A DNA stretch of 64,000 nucleotides from an uncultured bacterium (GTDB taxonomy: Bacteria; Omnitrophota; Omnitrophia; Omnitrophales; Aquincolibacteriaceae). The translations under genes and the position numbers were made by a program. The notes beneath the pieces are model-generated. The model did not search any database, was not told where the DNA came from, and saw only the letters and a program-made list of their open reading frames with translations. This document shows, in pieces, positions 22,201-28,200 of this stretch (within the stretch, counting starts at the first letter, position 1; the number at the start of each line of letters is the position of its first letter). The stretch spans positions 329,459-393,458 of the forward strand of contig CAYSSX010000001.1 of assembly GCA_964434115.1 (NCBI GenBank), written 5' to 3'.

Positions 22201-25200
22201 GATCATTTTGTTGATAAACGGGTCCAGAAGATCCGTGTCCTTGGCCCCGGGCTGAAGAATCGAAAGGGCGTATTCGGTTTCTTCACGGATGCTGAGGAAG
22301 AGCTTGGCAATAGCTCTTCCGCCCGCAAGGTCTGACGAAGATTTGGAAATCGCATCAATACTCAAACCGGGATTTTGTTTCTTGAAAAGAACCAGATAGG
22401 CTTTCACCATTCTTTCCATCGCGCTGAAAAGCAGGCGCATATCTTCCACCGTCTTGTCCTGTTTCATCAAAAGATTGATGACTTCCGCATTCAGGTCTTC
22501 AAAGGCTTCGAAGTCGCCCATGAGTTTCCGCGCCGCCGCATTCGACTGCCCCGCAGAACCGGTGCGGGAGAGCGAATAGGTGGTTTCATGAAACACCTGG
22601 TCACGCGGATCAAACTCATAATAGGAAACCGGTTTTTCCGCCGAAACCGAGGGGGTCACCCACGGGTATTGCGGCGCTGACTGAGGCCCCGGTGTGCCGG
22701 CGCCGGTCTGCTGATCAGGCTGCACCAGGTTGGTCCAGAAATCATGAGATGTCCCAGAGCTTTCAGGATCCATGTTCAAGATTCCTGAAAGAGCCGCTGG
22801 AGACACATTCGAATCTCCGGTCGCGCTCAACAAGCCATTATTTAAAGCCTCCCTGACAAGCAGCGCAAGCAGACGAAGCCGGACCGGGGCCGGGAAACCC
22901 GCAATTTTTCCCACAAGTTCTTTTCTCTGCTCCATACCCAGAATCCCGAAGACGCGCGCCAGGGATTCTGCGGCGGCCGCAGAGGGAGAAGCCCCCTCCA
23001 GGCGTTTGAAGAGAAGGTTGATCAACTGAGAGGCTTGTGCCGTATCGTCGGAAAGCACCGCGGGAAGGGCATGCCCAAGAACGCCTTCAACAGCTTCCGG
23101 ATGATTTTGCATGAGAGCCGCTAACTCAGCCCGCTGATTGTCCCGAAGTTCCTTATCAAGATAAGGGTAAATACGCGCCCGCAGAGACGCATCCTGATAA
23201 ATCTCTGCCTGCTCATAGAGATCGTCGATTACCGCGGCACGCTCCTCGGCCGTAAGCCCGGGCAGTGCAATCGCCATCCCTCGGACAGCGCCGGGATTTT
23301 TCAGTTCAAACTGCTCATCAAGGATTAAAAGGATTTCCTGGCGCATCGCGCCGTACCAGGGCGTGATTCCGGCATCAGGCGCAAGCCACCGGGCGAGCAT
23401 GTAACCAAGGCCTTCGTAATAACCTGCCTCCCCGCCTCCAAAACTTTTTAGGTAATTAAAAACCGCGTCATTCTCTGCGGGAATCATCGCCCCTGTGGCC
23501 AGGATCATTGCAAAAAAAGGCAGATCTTTCTCAGTCGAAAAACCGTAGCCCTCAGTGCCCTTGGTGACGGCGGAAACAATCTTGCCGCTCCATTCCAATT
23601 GGGCAGGTTCCGGCAGCAAATCAAACGCCCACGATTTTGCAAAATGGAGCGCTTCAGACACTGCGGCATCCCCGCTCCCCTGCGCCTCCAAAGCCGAAAG
23701 CTCGGCAAGGAATTGTTTGTGAAGAGCCTGCATCTGGTCCACGCTTTCCAAATCAATACCCGCGTCGATTTGAGCTGCGGGGCTCTGTACCGGATTAAGA
23801 CTATCAAAAAGGCTAAGATGACCGGCGGCCGCCAGGACAGCCGGAATGTCGCTTGAGATTTGGCCGGCGACCGCTTGAAGAATTTTCTGCTGCACGTCAG
23901 CGGGCAGAAACGAATACCTGTTTGCCAGAATAGCCAGAGCTTCCGGCTGAACGGAAGAGACCGTCAGCAGGACTTCCGCAGCCCGAAGAAATTGCTCTTT
24001 ATGAATGCCAAAGGCGCCCCCATAGGAATCAAAAATGAGTCCCAATGCCTTGAGCGCATTCTCATCCGCCGTGTTGTCCTGCATCTTTTTGAGGGCACTT
24101 TCAAAAACAGATTCGCGGTCGTCTTTCCGAGGAATTTGATTGCCCAGAAGCAGGTACGCAAGTCCTATCATCATTTGTTTCTCAGGCGCTTTATTGAGAA
24201 TTTTTTTGACCATTTTAGGATCCAGAACTTCCGGAGCGTTTGAACTTAAGAAAGCGGCAGCTTCGAAGACCTCGGCACTGGGGAATTTACTTTCAAGCTC
24301 TAAAAGAAGTGCGTTCTTGAACTCCACCGCTTTGCTTTTCATCGCCGGGGAAAGCTTGGAGAGAAATGCAGCCGCATGGGCCCCTTCAATCGGATATTCC
24401 AATTCCCCGGCTGTAACGAACTCAGAAAGATAATTATCGGCAAGCTTCTTCGAATGCGGATCCAGGTAGTCATACAGAGAGATCAAGGACGAGACAGCAG
24501 CCTGGCGGTCCAATGCATTGGAATGAAGTTTATTCAATTTATGCTTGAGGGTCGTGAAAACAGCGGCTATACGTTTTTGAGGGATTTTGTTTGCCAGCTT
24601 TCCCAAAGCAGCGGTGGCGGCAGCTGTATAGTGTTTATTGTTTTGGCTTGCCAGAGTCAGCAGCTTTGGGACAAGTTGATCCTGCACAATATCCGACGTA
24701 AGCTGAACTAAAAGATCCTGGGAGGGCAGCTTCGCACTCTGAATTGAGAGCGCCGTCAAAGCAGCATTCTGAATGAGCGGCATTTCCTGGTTCTCTTCCG
24801 CTGGCAGGCTGTCACTCCAGGCCTCCCTCGCAATCAAGCCTAATGCGTAAAATGCAAATAAAGCGGCCTGCTCTTCCGGTTTCGAAATTTTTTCAAGAAT
24901 GATTTTAAAAAATTCTGATTTTTCATCAGGGGTCAGGTGATCATAAATTGCTGCGGTATAGGGAAAGGCTGTCAGCTCCTTGCCTTCTTTCACCAACTGC
25001 AGCAGGTCTTTGCGGATACTTTCATTCAAGGCTTCATTATCAGAACTTGCCATGCCCTGTGCCAAAGCGGCCAGAAGCGCCGGGTTCGCAACCAAAGCCC
25101 CGGTTTTGATTTGTGCGGCCAGAGCCTTGTAAGCCGCGGCCCCTTGCGGGGAATCCGCAGAGTCGCCGCTTTCGGTGTGCAAATACAAAACGGCTTCGAG

Positions 25201-28200
25201 CCTGACTTTGGATTCCGGAAAAAAGGCGCCTGCCTTTTTTACCAGCTTTTCAAGACGTTCGTGCAAAGCCTGATCGAAGGTGTATTGAACGTGAGCCAGC
25301 GCCCATAACGCGCTTTTAACCCGCCCCGCATCGGTGTTCTGGCCCTGGGTCAGATTCAAGGCTTCCGCTTCTTTAAAGAGGATCTCCAAGGCTTGCTGAT
25401 AATCGTCAGCTTCCGGATCCATGGTTTCAGCCAGGATGCCTAAAGCAACCAGACCGTCGGGGTTCCCTTTCCGGGCAGCTTTCAAAATGACGGCTGGAAA
25501 GTTTTTAACTATGGCCCGGTGCTCCGGAGTGATAGCTTCCCCATAAGCCATGGCCATACTGATCAAATAGGGATTGAATTCCGGCTTGGACGCGGAAAAG
25601 ACTTTCAGGATTGCAGAGAAATCAATAGGCCATCCTGACCCGGGCGGTTCCCCTTTGGCTTTGAGATCTTTGAGAAACTGCGTCTGCTTGTCAGGGGGCA
25701 GGGCAGGAAAGGACGCGGCCATACTCCGGTTCCGGAAATCTACCATTCCTGCCGGAAGATCAGGTTCCGGCTGGGATGCCGCTGTTTGAAAGGCTTTAAG
25801 AATGTCCTCCTTAGAAGGCCCCTCTTCCGCACCTTGACCCGCACTGGAAGCTAAGGTTTGAGTGAACGGCTTTGCGGGAAGAAACTGATAGGGGGGTAAA
25901 GATTTTTCAGACTTTAATTCACTAAGTTCCGCCGTGACATCCCCCGCGATGATGGCCGCAGCTAAAAGCCCTGCCGAAGATCCGTTCTCAGCGAGAGATC
26001 CAATGGCCGCCACAATGGATCCAATAGCGGAGGACCCCTCGGGCACGAGCCCATAAATTTCAGCCAGGCCTTTGACGGCTTCGGGGTTTCCATCCGAGTA
26101 ACCGTTCAGCAGAGCTTGAACAATTTCCTCCATTCGCTGCTCATCGCCGGCATCAAGGCCAAGCTGCCTGCCGATGACTGCCAGCGCTTGGCCGGAATAC
26201 GGTATCCCCAGAATAAAATAATTAAGGATTCGTGCGTATGCCGCATCCCGCTGGCCGCTTTCCAAAGAACTATAGAGTTCCGCGAGTCCCAAAAGGGCTT
26301 CCGATTCATTCGATTGCATCAATTTTGTGTAAGCCGAAGAAAGGTCATCGGGATCACCGGCAATTTGAGCCAAAGCGCCGAGTGCGGCGAGCGAACCCGG
26401 ATATTCCGATTGACTGACTTCATAAACAATTTTTTTAATCGACTCCACTTTCGCACTGCCATTCTCGGCTTTAGCATAAACCTTGGCCATGTGAATCAGT
26501 CCGAAGAACGCTCCCTCTTTAAAATTATCTGCCCAGAGTTTGACGATGTCGTAAACGCTGTCTCTTTGAGCCGGCGAGAGGAACTCAAACAGAATTCCAT
26601 AGGCGTGAACGGCCGCGTTTCCTTCAACCGTGGTTTGACTCAGTTTCGATTTCAGGAGATTGAGAATATCCTGCTGCGCCAGCTCACTCGAAGACGGGTA
26701 AATATGCCCCAAAGCCTCGATTGCGAGCACATCCCCGGCCTGGGCCTTTTCCATAATCTGATTGCGATACTTGTCCCGGAAACCCATAAGAAACTCCTGT
26801 TTGACAAGCTTGTAAAAAACAGGCTTCTTTCCTTGCTCTGGGCCCCATGGAGGTAAAGGCGTCAAAACGTCTTCAGGCGCCTGCGTTCTCAGGGCAAAAG
26901 CCATACTGATCGCAATGCGTGCAGCCCGCTTTGCGGGGAGAACCTCCCCCGCGAGTTTTTCACTCAAGAGCGATGACACCTCGGAGCGTTTGGACACCGG
27001 CAGGGCGGCAAACATTTCCGCGAGGCCGAGCAGTGCCTGTTCCTGACGGGCGCTGAAACTTTCTGACCGGGCCTCAGCCATAACCTTGAGATAGATTCTC
27101 TCGGCCGCTTCAGGGGCATTCGGGGTCAGCCTGGAATAAATCCGGGCGATGCTCCTTATTAAAAAAGGTGCGGCTGCCGAGTTCGAGTCAATGAACCCCC
27201 AAGCATCCGAAAGGTCGGTGTTCTCGCTCGATAATGCAGCCAGGCTGTAGGCAAGCCCCGGAAGGTCTTCGGCTGTACTCATAGCTTGGGTGATTTCCGT
27301 CAGGAGAAAAGCAGGCAAAGCCGAAGGCGGATACTCGTAAAAAACTCCGAGGTAGCGGGCAGCTTCAAGCTGGCCAGTCTTAGAAAGCTCAATCAATCCC
27401 TCGATGAGCTGCTTTTTCTCTTCAGGGTTCAACGCCTCAGAGTCAGCTTCGAAAATATCGGCGAGCGCGTAAAACGCCTCATGCTTCCCCATCTTGGCCT
27501 GCTGAAAAAGATATCCGATGACATCACTGGCATAAATCCCGAGCGAAGAGTAAGCAATCCCCAGCGTGCGGATATTTCCGCTGCTCAGAAGAAGCGCCTG
27601 TGTGGTCGCCGGATTCTCACCCGACGGAAGACCGCCGCGCAGCACCCAGCCAAGGGCCTGCAGTTCGAGATCGTTTTCCTGTAAAGCGCCGGGCTGAACC
27701 TGCGTGTAAGACGACTTCAAATCTTCGATGAACCCACTCCGGAGTTTCTTGAGCTCCGTATAGCCGGGCGGCAGTCCTTCGAAGACCGGATCGTCTTCCG
27801 CGCGGAGTTCAGAACGGGCGGAAGCCGTATCCAAAACAGGCGCATCCGTCCCCGCCATTCTTGTTTGGGCGAGGTCGCTGGCCTGAATCGCGAGTCCTTC
27901 AGGGGTCTGAGTGATCCGGATCATGGGCCCGCCCCAGCGCGAGCCCGGTTCAAGAGCACCTTGCACAGCATCCACGGGACGCGCCGCGGGCCTGAGAAGC
28001 TGCGCAATGTTCTGTTCATTCAAAGTGCCGTTCTGCTCCAGACGCTTTAACTGTTCGATGAACTGTTCGATTTTTTCCAGCGCCGCGCTTGGCCCGCTGT
28101 CCTTGGATTTTGAAATTTCATCGAGAAAGCGCGTGTAAGCGCCGGCTTCGTCAAGCCTCCCCTGCGAGGCCAAGTCACGGAGGATTTGATCACGCCAGCG

